Origin: Flavobacteriales bacterium
GTDB lineage: Bacteria > Bacteroidota > Bacteroidia > Flavobacteriales_F > PHOS-HE28
Assembly: GCA_016699575.1 (NCBI GenBank)
Contig: CP064979.1
Location: forward strand, 1,933,796 to 1,997,795
Length of the DNA stretch: 64,000 bases
Direction of reading: 5' to 3'
Shown here: piece by piece, positions 17,508-27,752 of the stretch
How positions within the stretch are numbered: position 1 is the stretch's first letter
Layout: each line of letters begins with the position of its first letter
Program-made: the position numbers and the translations under genes
Notes under the pieces: generated by a model
Databases searched by the model: none
What the model was told of the DNA's origin: nothing
What the model saw: only the letters and a program-made list of their open reading frames with translations

Positions 17508-20024
17508 ATGGAAGGACTGGTCGTTCTCCTTGCGCTGATCCCCATAGCGCTCCTCATTCTAGCTATTGTCACCGCCTTCCGAACAGGGTCTATCGCCCGC
17601 GAGGTGGATGCGCTACGCAAGGAACTCGCCACCATGCGGAAGTTGCTCGGCGAGCAGGGCGCTGCACCGCGGGTCACGGTCCCGCCGTCGGTGGCACCAC
17701 CACCACCGGTTGCTCCTCCCGCTCCCGCGCAACCGCCGGTTGCCACCCCCGAACCCTGGTACACCGGCATGAGCGAACCGGCACCCCGTGTGTTCGAGGC
17801 ACCAGCAAGCGGACCGGCCGAGGTGAAGCCCGATCACGCGCCACCACCACCGCGCATTGTGGTAACGCAAACGAGCGCTCCGCCACCCGTGGCCGAGGTT
17901 GCGCGGCCCGTGGTTGCCGCACCTCCGCCGCAACGTTCACCAGCACCGCCACCACCACCGCAGAAAGGAGCGTGGGAGCGGTTCCTGGAGAACAACCCCG
18001 ACTTGGAGAAGTTCATCGGCGAGAACCTCATCAACAAGATCGGCATTGCCATACTGGTGCTGGGCCTAGGGTTCCTGATGCGGTATGCGATCGGCAAGAA
18101 CTACATCAATGAGGTGGGCCGCGTGCTGATCGGCGTTGGTGCCGGAGCGGCGCTCATGTACATCGCGCATCGGCTCCGGACAAAGCTCCGCGCGTTCAGC
18201 AGCGTGCTGTTGGCGGGAGGATTGAGCGTGCTCTACTTCACCATCACCATCGCCTACCAGCAGTACGAGCTCTTCACCCAGCTGCAGGCCTTCGCCATCA
18301 TGGTGGTCATCACGGCGCTAGCGGTTGTCTTCTCCGTTGCCTACGATCGGCGCGAGCTCGCCGTCATCGCGCTCATTGGAGGGTTTGCCGCGCCTTTCAT
18401 GGTGAGCAAGGGCGACGGCAACTTCATGGTGCTCTTCACCTACTTGCTCATCCTCGATGCCGGCATGTTGGTGCTCGCGCTCATCAAGCGCTGGAACATT
18501 GTGCATCTGGTCGCGTACGGCCTAACGCTCATCGTTTTCGGCGCGTGGGCTGCAGGTCCGTACACCGGTCTTGAGCCTCGCCCATGGTCGTGGGGCTTCG
18601 TGTTCGCCACGTGCTTCCATCTGGTGTTCTTCGCCATGGCGGTGGGCTACAACCTCAGGCACCGCCTGCAGTTCCGACCGCTGGAGTTCGGCTTGTTGGT
18701 GAGCAACACTGCTGGTTATTACGCGGCGGGCATGCACTTCCTGAGCGATGCCGAGCTGTACGCACACCCGAAGTGGACGGGCCTGTTCACGGCCGCCCTG
18801 GGGTTGTTCCACGCCGTGTTCGCGTTCGTCTTCTACCGCCGGCAGCAAGTGCCGCGCAACCTGGTGCTGCTGCTTATCGGCCTTGCGCTCACCCTGTGCA
18901 CACTGGCCGTGCCGGTGCAGCTGGAGGGCTACACCATCACCTTGTTCTGGGCCGCGGAAGCGGTGCTGTTGGTGTGGTTCGCACAACGCGCCGGATTGCC
19001 GTTGGTGCAACGCGGTGCTGTGATCGTCGCGGTGCTCGGGCTGATCAGCTTGCTGATGGACATCGACGCATTCTACAACTTCCTGCGCCCAGAACTGCCG
19101 CCCCTTGTCAATGCTGGCTGGATCACGGGCATGGTGGTGGTGGCCAGCATGGTGGCATTGTGGTGGTTGTGGAAACGCCAGGACGCAAAAGGGGAGGAGC
19201 ACACGATGCGCATCATTCCCGGCGTCGGCCTGAAGCCGTTCGCGACCGTCGCGCTGGTGATCGCCATTGGCCTCGGCTACTTGGTCAACCTGTTGGAACT
19301 GCGGAACCAAAGCGCCAAGCTGCTCAGCAACGACGGCGTGCGGATGGCCACCATGCTGTTTACTTTGCTGTATGCGCTTGGTGTGGAGTTCTTCACGCGC
19401 AAGGAGGAGCTGCTCGTGCGCCGCGTGGTGTTCACGCTGGCTGCGCTGGTGCTGCTGGTGTATGTCACCGGGTTCTACCAGGCAAGCCGGACAAGTCTCG
19501 AGGAAATGCTGCTGGGTTCAGCGCGCAGGTTCGGCATCCATTACGCTGCGCTCGCGTGCTGTGTGGGGCTGGTGGTACGCACGGCCTTGCTGGCGCGAAC
19601 GGTTGTTCCCCGACCATCGCAGACATGGAACATCTACCTGTGGGCCATGTGCGCGTACCTCGTTGTATTGGCCAGCCAGGAATTGGACCATCTGATGGTG
19701 CTGGTGAACCACGAGCCCGGCCAGAGCATGATGGCGGCATTGCGCAAAGCGCGGCGTGCTGGCTATCCGATCCTCTGGGGCGTGGGTTCGTTCTTGTTCA
19801 TGTGGTACGGCATGCGCAACAAGTTGAAGATGGTGCGCATCATCGCACTCGTGCTCTTCGGCATCACCTTGGTGAAGCTCTTCGTCTTCGACCTGCGCGG
19901 CATCAGCGAAGGCGGGAAGGTTGCAGCGTTCATCTGCCTGGGCATCCTGCTGTTGGTGGTTAGCTTCATGTACAACAAACTGAAGGGATTGTTCGTGGAT
20001 GACAGTGAAGCCGTGAAGCAATGA
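17508..20024 (+). CDS. DUF2339-like large polytopic membrane protein with Pro-rich N-terminal linker
   Basis: About 838 aa from ATG 17508. One N-terminal TM segment is followed by a Pro/Ala-rich low-complexity region (nt ~17660-17960) and then more than 15 hydrophobic segments. This architecture is typical of DUF2339. Confidence 0.6.
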   Translation: MEGLVVLLALIPIALLILAIVTAFRTGSIAREVDALRKELATMRKLLGEQGAAPRVTVPPSVAPPPPVAPPAPAQPPVATPEPWYTGMSEPAPRVFEAPASGPAEVKPDHAPPPPRIVVTQTSAPPPVAEVARPVVAAPPPQRSPAPPPPPQKGAWERFLENNPDLEKFIGENLINKIGIAILVLGLGFLMRYAIGKNYINEVGRVLIGVGAGAALMYIAHRLRTKLRAFSSVLLAGGLSVLYFTITIAYQQYELFTQLQAFAIMVVITALAVVFSVAYDRRELAVIALIGGFAAPFMVSKGDGNFMVLFTYLLILDAGMLVLALIKRWNIVHLVAYGLTLIVFGAWAAGPYTGLEPRPWSWGFVFATCFHLVFFAMAVGYNLRHRLQFRPLEFGLLVSNTAGYYAAGMHFLSDAELYAHPKWTGLFTAALGLFHAVFAFVFYRRQQVPRNLVLLLIGLALTLCTLAVPVQLEGYTITLFWAAEAVLLVWFAQRAGLPLVQRGAVIVAVLGLISLLMDIDAFYNFLRPELPPLVNAGWITGMVVVASMVALWWLWKRQDAKGEEHTMRIIPGVGLKPFATVALVIAIGLGYLVNLLELRNQSAKLLSNDGVRMATMLFTLLYALGVEFFTRKEELLVRRVVFTLAALVLLVYVTGFYQASRTSLEEMLLGSARRFGIHYAALACCVGLVVRTALLARTVVPRPSQTWNIYLWAMCAYLVVLASQELDHLMVLVNHEPGQSMMAALRKARRAGYPILWGVGSFLFMWYGMRNKLKMVRIIALVLFGITLVKLFVFDLRGISEGGKVAAFICLGILLLVVSFMYNKLKGLFVDDSEAVKQ

Positions 20025-21262
20025 AGCAGTGGAGCAGATGGTGCGTGCTGGTAGGTTCCGCGGCTATCGGGGGCGGTGCGATCGCGCAGCAATGGAAGGC
20101 CGAGGTGCCCACAGTGGAGAATGCGGGGTTGTATCGGATTGAATTATCGGCGGAGATAATCGCTAGGTCAGTACAGAACCTTGAAGATGTGCGCATCATT
20201 GAACGATCGGGGACTATGGTCCCGTTCGTTCTGGATCTTCCTGAGAGCGGCTCGAAGGTTGAGCGGGAGATGCCGTTCGACATCCTGAGAAATGAAAAGC
20301 TGGACCACTACACCATCGTCGAGCTTCAGGGATACGAGGGGGAAATAATCGAAGCCATATACCTCTCGGTGCGGAATGCTTGGGTTGTGAAGGATGCGAC
20401 CATCACCGGAAGTGATGACCGAAAGAACTGGTACGCTCTTGCCCAACAGCGTGTTGAACCCGCCTATGGTGGGCCGGAGCCGTGCGGTGCGTTGTGTGAG
20501 GCGATATTGAGGATCCCACCGAGCGACTATCCGTACTACCGGATTGAGATCAACGATTCTCTCACACCACCCATTAAAGTCGAATCGGCCGAATGGTTCA
20601 CAACTGTGGAGGTGGGCACTGGTTGGACACCGATGGAGGGTCTGGTCTGGAGGCAGGCGGAATCGTCCGGGATAACGCGCATAGAGTGTTTTTTGCCCTA
20701 TCCGGGACGGATTGATCGCATCGACATGGGTTTTAAACACGCAGGGATGTTCCATCGGGAGGGTCGCCTGGTAGTACCAATAGTCCGAGAAACAAGGCAC
20801 GGGTCAAAGAGACGGTCTGAGCGGATCGAAAGCGTCGTGTCACGGTTTGTGATCGACTCACGCCGAAAGAACTTTGTTGAACTCTCGAATGAGCCCATGG
20901 ACACGTTTACGATTGTAATTGAGAATGTGGACAACAGACCACTGGCGTTCGAATCGGTTCGGCTTGGACAACGGACGACTTCGATGTTGGTATTGCTTGA
21001 ACAATCGAAGCACTACACCATCACCACCGGCGATCCGAAGAAGCAAGCACCGCAATACGACCTAGCCCACTTCAAAGAGGAATTGCCCGCACCCATCGCA
21101 ACGCTGAACCACGGCCCGCTCATCGCGTTGCCATCCACCGCGCGGCAAGGCCCCACCATTGCCCCTTCACGCTGGTGGATCTGGGCCGGACTTGTCGCGG
21201 TGCTCGGCCTGGTCGGCTTCATGGCCGTGCGCATGCTCCGCGAACCACCTTCGACCACCTGA
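20021..21262 (+). CDS. DUF3999-like protein (signal peptide, C-terminal TM anchor)
   Basis: ATG 20021 overlaps the upstream TGA as ATGA. GLYRIELS...LEDVRIIERSGTMVPFVL resembles the DUF3999 N-terminal block. The C-terminus has WWIWAGLVAVLGLVGFMAV. Confidence 0.5.
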   Translation: MKQWSRWCVLVGSAAIGGGAIAQQWKAEVPTVENAGLYRIELSAEIIARSVQNLEDVRIIERSGTMVPFVLDLPESGSKVEREMPFDILRNEKLDHYTIVELQGYEGEIIEAIYLSVRNAWVVKDATITGSDDRKNWYALAQQRVEPAYGGPEPCGALCEAILRIPPSDYPYYRIEINDSLTPPIKVESAEWFTTVEVGTGWTPMEGLVWRQAESSGITRIECFLPYPGRIDRIDMGFKHAGMFHREGRLVVPIVRETRHGSKRRSERIESVVSRFVIDSRRKNFVELSNEPMDTFTIVIENVDNRPLAFESVRLGQRTTSMLVLLEQSKHYTITTGDPKKQAPQYDLAHFKEELPAPIATLNHGPLIALPSTARQGPTIAPSRWWIWAGLVAVLGLVGFMAVRMLREPPSTT

Positions 21263-21265
21263 CCT

Positions 21266-23089
21266 ATGACCATCGCACTACGCTCGATGCTCCGCATGTT
21301 CAACCACCATAACGTTTTCGTGAAGGTGGCTCTCTGCTTCACCGCTCTATTGCTCAACTGCGTCACAGCCACCGCGCAATGCCCCGGCTGCCAGATCAAC
21401 TTCGGCTGCACGAGCAATCCGGCTTATCCCACGCTGTGCCCTCTGCAACCGCCCGATGCGGTGAGCGGACAACCCTACGCCACGGACATCACCTTTTGGA
21501 TGCCGGCCAACTTCGACGATCCCGGCACTGGCTTCAATGTGGACTTCCTGCAAATGACCATCACCGGAGTGAGCGGTCTGCCGTTCGGGTTGGACATTGA
21601 AACGAACAACCCGCTCGGTGTTTACTTCCCGCAGCAGGACCAATACGGCTGCGCGCGCATCTGCGGCACACCGATCGGCGCAGGCACGTTCACCGTCACC
21701 ATTTCCATCCTGGCGCAGGTGGAGTACAGCGGCTTCACCATCAATGCGCCACAGCAGTTCCCCATCACACTGGTGGTGCAACCGGGCAGCGGCAACAACA
21801 GCGGGTTTTCGTTCGGACCCTCCGTGGCATGCGGCAGCGCGGAAGTGCAGTTCGACGCGCTCATCGATGGCGCGCCATCACCCACCACCTACGCATGGGA
21901 TTTCGGCAATGGCAATACGAGCACCGATGCATCACCCAGCGTGCAGACCTACAGCGGTCCAGGCACGTACACCGTTACGCTGCAAACGACCATTGGTGGT
22001 TATGTGCTCGATGCCGTTGCGCTGAACAGCGTGAACGACAATTGGTGCGGAGACGTGGAAGAACCGGACATCTTCGGGTGCACGGGATCGCCCGACCTCT
22101 ACTTCGTGCTCACCGATGGCGGCGGCGGCACGTACACCAGCAGCAGTGGCAGCGACAGCGGCAGCGAAACATGGACAGGACTTGGTTTGGTGCTCAGCAA
22201 TCCGCCGTATTCCATCGCCTTCTACGACGAAGACCCGATCAGCCAGGACGACATCCTGGGCACCTTGAACATTCCCGCCGGAACCACGGGCAACCTGCCG
22301 TTCAATATCGCCGGGGGAACCGTGGGCGGTCTCGACATCAGCTTGCAACCGCAACAGGTGTTCAACGACACCGATAGTGTGGTGGTGTTCCCATTGCCGG
22401 AGATGGTGCTGGGCTACGACACGCTTGCCAGCACCATCTGCGTGCAAGACACCACACTCGTGAGCTATGTCTGGTTCGTGAACGGCGATACGGTTCCGCT
22501 GGCCACCGGCCCTTGTGTGAACGCGAACGCCCCGGGCTTGTGGTGGGCTGTCGGCAACAACGGCTTCGGGTGCCCGGGCGAAAGCGATACGGTGGTGGTG
22601 TGCCCGACCATGGAGATCACCTACGATGCCGGTGTGCTGTTCGTTGAGGACGAGTTCGACGGCTACGCGTGGACCTTCAACGGACAAGCAATCGCCAACA
22701 GTGATCAGCCGTTCGTGTTCTCACAAGGAGATGGTCTTTACGTAGTAACGGGAACCACAACGTATGGCTGCGCGGTTATCGACACCCTGCAACTCCTGAC
22801 CATCGGGCTTGCTGAAGCAACGGCGTTGGACTCTCCGTTGCTCTTCGTTCACCCGGTCCCGAACAACGGCGACTTCACCGTTAGCGCGACAGGTCTCGCG
22901 CCGGGCGAACTCCGCCTGAGCGTTGTGGATGCCGCTGGTCGCGAAGTGCACGCCCAGGCGCTGGGGTCGTCGGATGGATCCGTTCGTGAGCGCGTGATGC
23001 TCGTTGGCGCCGCACCCGGCCGCTATGCCGTGGTGCTCGGTGACGGCGAAGGCCACCGTGTGTCGCGGCACATCGTGGTGGCCCGCTGA
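21266..23089 (+). CDS. Secreted PKD-domain protein with T9SS C-terminal sorting domain
   Basis: The PKD-like block is YAWDFGNGNTSTDASPSVQTYSGPGTYTVTLQTT. The C-terminus is VHPVPNNGDFTVSATGL...LSVVDAAGREVH...GRYAVVL...IVVAR. Confidence 0.75.
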   Translation: MTIALRSMLRMFNHHNVFVKVALCFTALLLNCVTATAQCPGCQINFGCTSNPAYPTLCPLQPPDAVSGQPYATDITFWMPANFDDPGTGFNVDFLQMTITGVSGLPFGLDIETNNPLGVYFPQQDQYGCARICGTPIGAGTFTVTISILAQVEYSGFTINAPQQFPITLVVQPGSGNNSGFSFGPSVACGSAEVQFDALIDGAPSPTTYAWDFGNGNTSTDASPSVQTYSGPGTYTVTLQTTIGGYVLDAVALNSVNDNWCGDVEEPDIFGCTGSPDLYFVLTDGGGGTYTSSSGSDSGSETWTGLGLVLSNPPYSIAFYDEDPISQDDILGTLNIPAGTTGNLPFNIAGGTVGGLDISLQPQQVFNDTDSVVVFPLPEMVLGYDTLASTICVQDTTLVSYVWFVNGDTVPLATGPCVNANAPGLWWAVGNNGFGCPGESDTVVVCPTMEITYDAGVLFVEDEFDGYAWTFNGQAIANSDQPFVFSQGDGLYVVTGTTTYGCAVIDTLQLLTIGLAEATALDSPLLFVHPVPNNGDFTVSATGLAPGELRLSVVDAAGREVHAQALGSSDGSVRERVMLVGAAPGRYAVVLGDGEGHRVSRHIVVAR

Positions 23090-23123
23090 CGGCCGCTACA
23101 TTCGTCGCCAGCAGAACACGCGC

Positions 23124-23822
23124 ATGATCAACAAAGTGGTCAGCGGCCCCGAGGCCGCTTTGGAAGGCATCGACGATGGCATGACGCTCATGGTGGGCGG
23201 CTTCGGCCTGTGCGGGATCCCGGAGAACAGCATTGCCGCGTTGGTCCGCAAAGGCACGAATGGGCTCACATGCATCAGCAACAATGCCGGTGTGGACGAC
23301 TTCGGATTGGGCCTGCTGCTCAGGACGCGGCAGATCAAGAAGATGATCAGCAGCTACGTGGGCGAGAACGATGAGTTCGAGCGCCAGATGCTGAGCGGCG
23401 AGCTGGAGGTGGATCTCATTCCGCAGGGATCGTTGGCCGAGCGTTGCCGTGCTGGCGGCGCGGGCATCCCGGCGTTCTTTACGCCTGCGGGTTTTGGAAC
23501 TGAAGTGGCGGAAGGGAAGGAGGTGCGCGAGTTCGACGGCAAACCCCACATCCTGGAGACATGGCTGCGCGCCGACTTCGCCATTGTGAAGGCATGGAAG
23601 GGCGACCACTACGGCAACCTGGTGTACAAGCGCACAGCCCGCAACTTCAACCCCATGATGGCGATGGCCGGCAAGATCACCATCGCGGAAGTGGAGCATT
23701 TGGTGCAACCCGGCGAACTGGACCCTGACGAAGTGCACACGCCGGGCATCTTCGTGCAGCGCATCTTCCAAGGCAGCAACTACGAGAAGCGCATCGAGCA
23801 ACGTACGGTGCGCAAGCGCTGA
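23124..23822 (+). CDS. scoA: 3-oxoacid/acetate CoA-transferase subunit A
   Basis: MINKVVSGPEAALEGIDDGMTLMVGGFGLCGIPENSI is the canonical subunit A N-terminus. ATG 23124. Confidence 0.9.
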   Translation: MINKVVSGPEAALEGIDDGMTLMVGGFGLCGIPENSIAALVRKGTNGLTCISNNAGVDDFGLGLLLRTRQIKKMISSYVGENDEFERQMLSGELEVDLIPQGSLAERCRAGGAGIPAFFTPAGFGTEVAEGKEVREFDGKPHILETWLRADFAIVKAWKGDHYGNLVYKRTARNFNPMMAMAGKITIAEVEHLVQPGELDPDEVHTPGIFVQRIFQGSNYEKRIEQRTVRKR

Positions 23823-23837
23823 CGAGCCGCACCGCCC

Positions 23838-25601
23838 ATGAACACGCGCGATGGGCGTTGGTTCTTCCTGCTCTGTGCCATCGTTCTGTGTTACGTCATC
23901 GCACGAGCAGTACTAGTGCCGTTCGTGCACGATGAGGCGGCTACGTACAGTATGTACGTCCAAGTGGGGGAGTTCCTGCCGTGGCGATCACATTGGGATG
24001 CCGGCAACCACTTTTTGAGCACGGGGCTGGGCATTGTCGCGGATCGTGCGTTCGGCATGCACCAATGGGCGTTGCGAGGGGCGAGCGTCCTGGCGTTCGT
24101 GCTCTACGCTTTCGGTGCTTGGCGCATCGGAGGCATGGTGGGTGACAGGCTTGTGCGATGGTGCATGTGGTGCGGACTGTTGCTCTGCCCGTTCGTTCTG
24201 GAGTTCTTCTCCTTGTTCCGTGGCTATGGCTTGGCTGTGGCCTTCATGCTCGTTGGGTTGGATGGTCTGCTCCGATTGGTCCGGGATGGCGCTGTTCGGC
24301 ATGCCGCCCAAGCGTTGCTCGGGTTTGCGTTGGCGAACGCGTGCATCCTGTCGTTGCTAACGCTTTGGTTCGTGGTGTTGGTCGTTGTGGGCTGGCTGCT
24401 CTTGACCACTGCACGGACAACGAAACAGCGCGCTTGGCGGATCCTGCTTTGGATGATGATCGGGGTGGCGCCGTTCCTGTTCGCGCTGCGTGTGAGCAGG
24501 GAAATGCAGGCCGTGGGATTGTTCTATTACGGAAGCCTGGACGGGTTCATGGACGTTACCCTCCGCACGTTGTGCAACTACGTTCTAGGTTCGGGGAGTG
24601 CGTGGGTGATGCTGATGGTCATCATCGCGTTGTCGTGCTGTACAGCAGTGGCGGCCCATCGTTGGTGGAACAGAGGAACCTGGCGGCAACCGATCGTGGT
24701 GTGTACCAGCCTGCTATGGGCGGATGTCCTTTCCCGGGTGGTCATGGCTGTGCTTATCAGCGTGAACTACCCCGAGGACAGGGCCGCGTTGCACATGGTC
24801 CCGTTGTTCGTACTCACCCTTGCGCTCACGGCGGATGCGCTTGCTGCTCGCTCAGGGGCGATGCGTTATGCGGCGCTGGTCTTGTTGTACTTGCCGCTGC
24901 GCACCATTGTCACCGCCAACACCACCCACACATCGCTCTGGCCCGATGAGTCGGTGCCAGCAAGGTTCGTTGCGCGCATGGCCGATCTGCAGAGGCAACA
25001 AGGGCGCCCGCTCGTGACCGGGGCTTATCGGCAGATGAACCGAAGCCTGCCCTTCGCGGCGGTGCAACAAGGTGTTCAATTACCCATGCCGCTCACGGAG
25101 GGCTTCCCGACCGGCCCCCACGATGTGCGCGTTTCAAGGCCCGACCACCTGACAGCGGCCAGCATCGGATACAAGGAACTGGACCATGACCAGGGAACCG
25201 GACTGACCCTGTTGCAACGCGAACGACCGCTGCAGTTCATCTCTTCCCCGAGCATCCCATGGCCATCCCGGAACACGACGGACGAGTTCATCGGCGTTCT
25301 TGATAGTGACACGCTCAGCAGCGGGTCCGACCATCTGGTGGAATTCTCAGGCCGTCTGAGCACCAACGGGCCTGCACAGGTGAAGTTGGTGGTGGAAGTC
25401 AGGAACGCGGCCGACAGTGTTTTGTACTACGACGCGATCATGGTCACGGCCTTTGCGCCATTGGAGCACTCGTTCACCGAAGTGCGCCACGTTCCCCACC
25501 TCCACCCGGAACAGCGGGCGGTGATCTACTTCTGGAACATGCGTACGGCCGCTCTCCGGATCGACGACAGTGTGGTGCGTGTTCATGTGGTCCTGCCGTA
25601 G
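23838..25601 (+). CDS. GT-C-like (PMT_2/ArnT-like) polytopic membrane protein, paralog 1, with ~200-aa C-terminal soluble domain
   Basis: 587 aa. After TM1 comes the loop motif VPFVHDEAATY. It shares NHFL, WALRG and PFVLEFFSLFRGYGLAVAFML blocks with 26303-27715 and 35737-37196. Confidence 0.55.
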   Translation: MNTRDGRWFFLLCAIVLCYVIARAVLVPFVHDEAATYSMYVQVGEFLPWRSHWDAGNHFLSTGLGIVADRAFGMHQWALRGASVLAFVLYAFGAWRIGGMVGDRLVRWCMWCGLLLCPFVLEFFSLFRGYGLAVAFMLVGLDGLLRLVRDGAVRHAAQALLGFALANACILSLLTLWFVVLVVVGWLLLTTARTTKQRAWRILLWMMIGVAPFLFALRVSREMQAVGLFYYGSLDGFMDVTLRTLCNYVLGSGSAWVMLMVIIALSCCTAVAAHRWWNRGTWRQPIVVCTSLLWADVLSRVVMAVLISVNYPEDRAALHMVPLFVLTLALTADALAARSGAMRYAALVLLYLPLRTIVTANTTHTSLWPDESVPARFVARMADLQRQQGRPLVTGAYRQMNRSLPFAAVQQGVQLPMPLTEGFPTGPHDVRVSRPDHLTAASIGYKELDHDQGTGLTLLQRERPLQFISSPSIPWPSRNTTDEFIGVLDSDTLSSGSDHLVEFSGRLSTNGPAQVKLVVEVRNAADSVLYYDAIMVTAFAPLEHSFTEVRHVPHLHPEQRAVIYFWNMRTAALRIDDSVVRVHVVLP

Positions 25602-25631
25602 CATCTTAGCTGCCCTCAACACCGGTGCACC

Positions 25632-26288
25632 ATGCCCCTTGATAAGAACCAAATGGCCAGGCGCATCGCGCGCGAACTGAAGGACGGCTACTACGTGAAC
25701 CTCGGCATCGGCATACCCACGCTCGTGGCCAACTACGTTCCCGAAGGCATCAACGTGGCCTTCCAGAGCGAGAACGGGATCCTGGGCATGGGCCCCTTCC
25801 CGTTCGAGGGCGATGAAGACGCGGACCTCATCAACGCGGGCAAACAGACCGTGACACTGCTGGACGGTGCGGCGATCTTCGATAGTGCGACCAGCTTCGC
25901 CATGATCCGCGGGCAGCATGTGCAGCTCACCGTGCTCGGGGCCATGGAGGTCACGGACAGCGGTGACATCGCCAATTGGAAGATCCCCGGCAAAATGGTG
26001 AAGGGCATGGGCGGTGCCATGGACCTGGTGGCCAGCGCCGAGAACATCATCGTCGTGATGATGCACACGAACAAGGCTGGTGAGAGCAAGCTCCTCAAGC
26101 AATGCACACTGCCGCTCACCGGCGTGAAGTGCGTGAAGAAGGTGGTGACCGATCTCGGCGTGTTCGACATCACACCGGAAGGGTTCAAGTTGCTTGAGCG
26201 TGCGCCCGGTGTTTCCGTCGAAGAGATCAAGTCCAAAACAGAGGGCCGCGTGGTGGTGGAGGGCGACGTGCCGGAAATGGTGGTCTGA
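25632..26288 (+). CDS. scoB: 3-oxoacid/acetate CoA-transferase subunit B
   Basis: FQSENGILGMGP contains the catalytic-Glu SENG motif. 218 aa. Confidence 0.9.
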   Translation: MPLDKNQMARRIARELKDGYYVNLGIGIPTLVANYVPEGINVAFQSENGILGMGPFPFEGDEDADLINAGKQTVTLLDGAAIFDSATSFAMIRGQHVQLTVLGAMEVTDSGDIANWKIPGKMVKGMGGAMDLVASAENIIVVMMHTNKAGESKLLKQCTLPLTGVKCVKKVVTDLGVFDITPEGFKLLERAPGVSVEEIKSKTEGRVVVEGDVPEMVV

Positions 26289-26302
26289 TCACTTCGGGGG
26301 CG

Positions 26303-27715
26303 ATGAACGACCGGTCCATCGCGCACATCCTGCCGCTGCTCGTCATCGGGGCGCTCGTGTTCGCCTACGTCATGGCACGGGCAGTTCTTGTGTCCTTCAC
26401 TTGGGACGAGAGCTGGACGTTCATGCACCATGTTCTGCCGGGTGAGCTCTATCCGGCGCAACACGATATGATGAGCGGCAACCACCACCTATTGAACGTG
26501 TGGGGCATGTGGGCATGTGCCAAGTTGTTCGGGCAAAGTGAATGGGCGCTGCGGATACCGAACCTCACGGCGCTGGTGGTGTATGTCCTTGCTGCTGGGC
26601 GCATTGCCCTTCGTGCCGGACACATGGCCCGGTCCGTTGTCGGCTTCGTGCTGCTCGTTGCGCATCCGTATCTCCTTGAATTCTTCGGACTGGCGCGCGG
26701 ATACGGACTTTCCATCGGCTTCATGCTGATGAGCGTGTGGCACTTGGTGCGATGGAGCGAACAACCCGAACAACGTCGTCATGGCATGCTCATGTTCCTG
26801 TGTGCAGGGCTGTCCGTGCTCTCGCACTACGTCATGCTCAACTTCTTCATGGCCGTCGCGGTCGTTTTCGCGGTACGGATGGCGAGGATGCACTCCGGGA
26901 CGGTGAGTTGGCGGTTCGTGCGCTGGCCGTTGCTCATCAGCGCGGTGCTACTAGCGGTCATCGCCCCGCAAGTGCTGGGGATCCTCCGGGGTGGTGGGCT
27001 CATTTGGGGCTGTGGGGATCTCTGGTCGTGCTCCGTTCGTGGTCTCCTGTTGCGGCTGGCCGGGATGGACCTCGACACGGCGCTCATCGGCCCGTTGGTG
27101 CTGCTGGGCGCAGTGTTCCTGTTGGAAGCATCTCTTCAACGATGGGATGAACAGCATCGCGCTACAGCCACGGTGGCCGCGGTAACCCTGCTCTGTGCAG
27201 CGTTCGTTGCCATGGAGCATTTCCTCTTCGGAATGGAATGGCCGCGCACGCGAACAGCGCTTTACCTCTTCCCGCTGTTGATGACGGTAGTGGTGTTGTG
27301 GCTGCAGGCGAATGCCATCAGCTGGCCATGGTTGTGGTGGCCCGTGGTGCTCGCGGCGGGCGTGTTCACGATCAATACAACGCACCGGGCCAACCTTACG
27401 CATGCATCGGAGTGGCCCGAAGCCGCCGAGGTGGCGCGCATGATGGAACTGATCCAGAGCGACCGCGCCCAACATGGCTCACCCCGTCGGGCCACGCTGT
27501 CCTCGGGCCCTATTGCCTGGGGAAGTCTCGGCTACTACTTCCATCGACTGCACATCTCGGATATCGACACGGTCCGATGCTGGCCTAACGAAGCCCATCA
27601 GCCGGGCGACTACTACATCGTGGAGCCGCACGGACAACCGTTCGACACGACCGCAACCGAGCTGATGTTCCGCTCGGCGTCCAAGGTCGAACTGTACAGG
27701 AGTCGCGAGCGGTAG
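26303..27715 (+). CDS. GT-C-like (PMT_2/ArnT-like) polytopic membrane protein, paralog 2
   Basis: 470 aa. Blocks VSFTWDESWTF, NHHLLN, EWALRIPNL and PYLLEFFGLARGYGLSIGFML align with paralogs 1 and 3. Confidence 0.55.
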   Translation: MNDRSIAHILPLLVIGALVFAYVMARAVLVSFTWDESWTFMHHVLPGELYPAQHDMMSGNHHLLNVWGMWACAKLFGQSEWALRIPNLTALVVYVLAAGRIALRAGHMARSVVGFVLLVAHPYLLEFFGLARGYGLSIGFMLMSVWHLVRWSEQPEQRRHGMLMFLCAGLSVLSHYVMLNFFMAVAVVFAVRMARMHSGTVSWRFVRWPLLISAVLLAVIAPQVLGILRGGGLIWGCGDLWSCSVRGLLLRLAGMDLDTALIGPLVLLGAVFLLEASLQRWDEQHRATATVAAVTLLCAAFVAMEHFLFGMEWPRTRTALYLFPLLMTVVVLWLQANAISWPWLWWPVVLAAGVFTINTTHRANLTHASEWPEAAEVARMMELIQSDRAQHGSPRRATLSSGPIAWGSLGYYFHRLHISDIDTVRCWPNEAHQPGDYYIVEPHGQPFDTTATELMFRSASKVELYRSRER

Positions 27716-27752
27716 TCCATACCGATCGGCCGCGGGATACTTTCGGCCGCCC

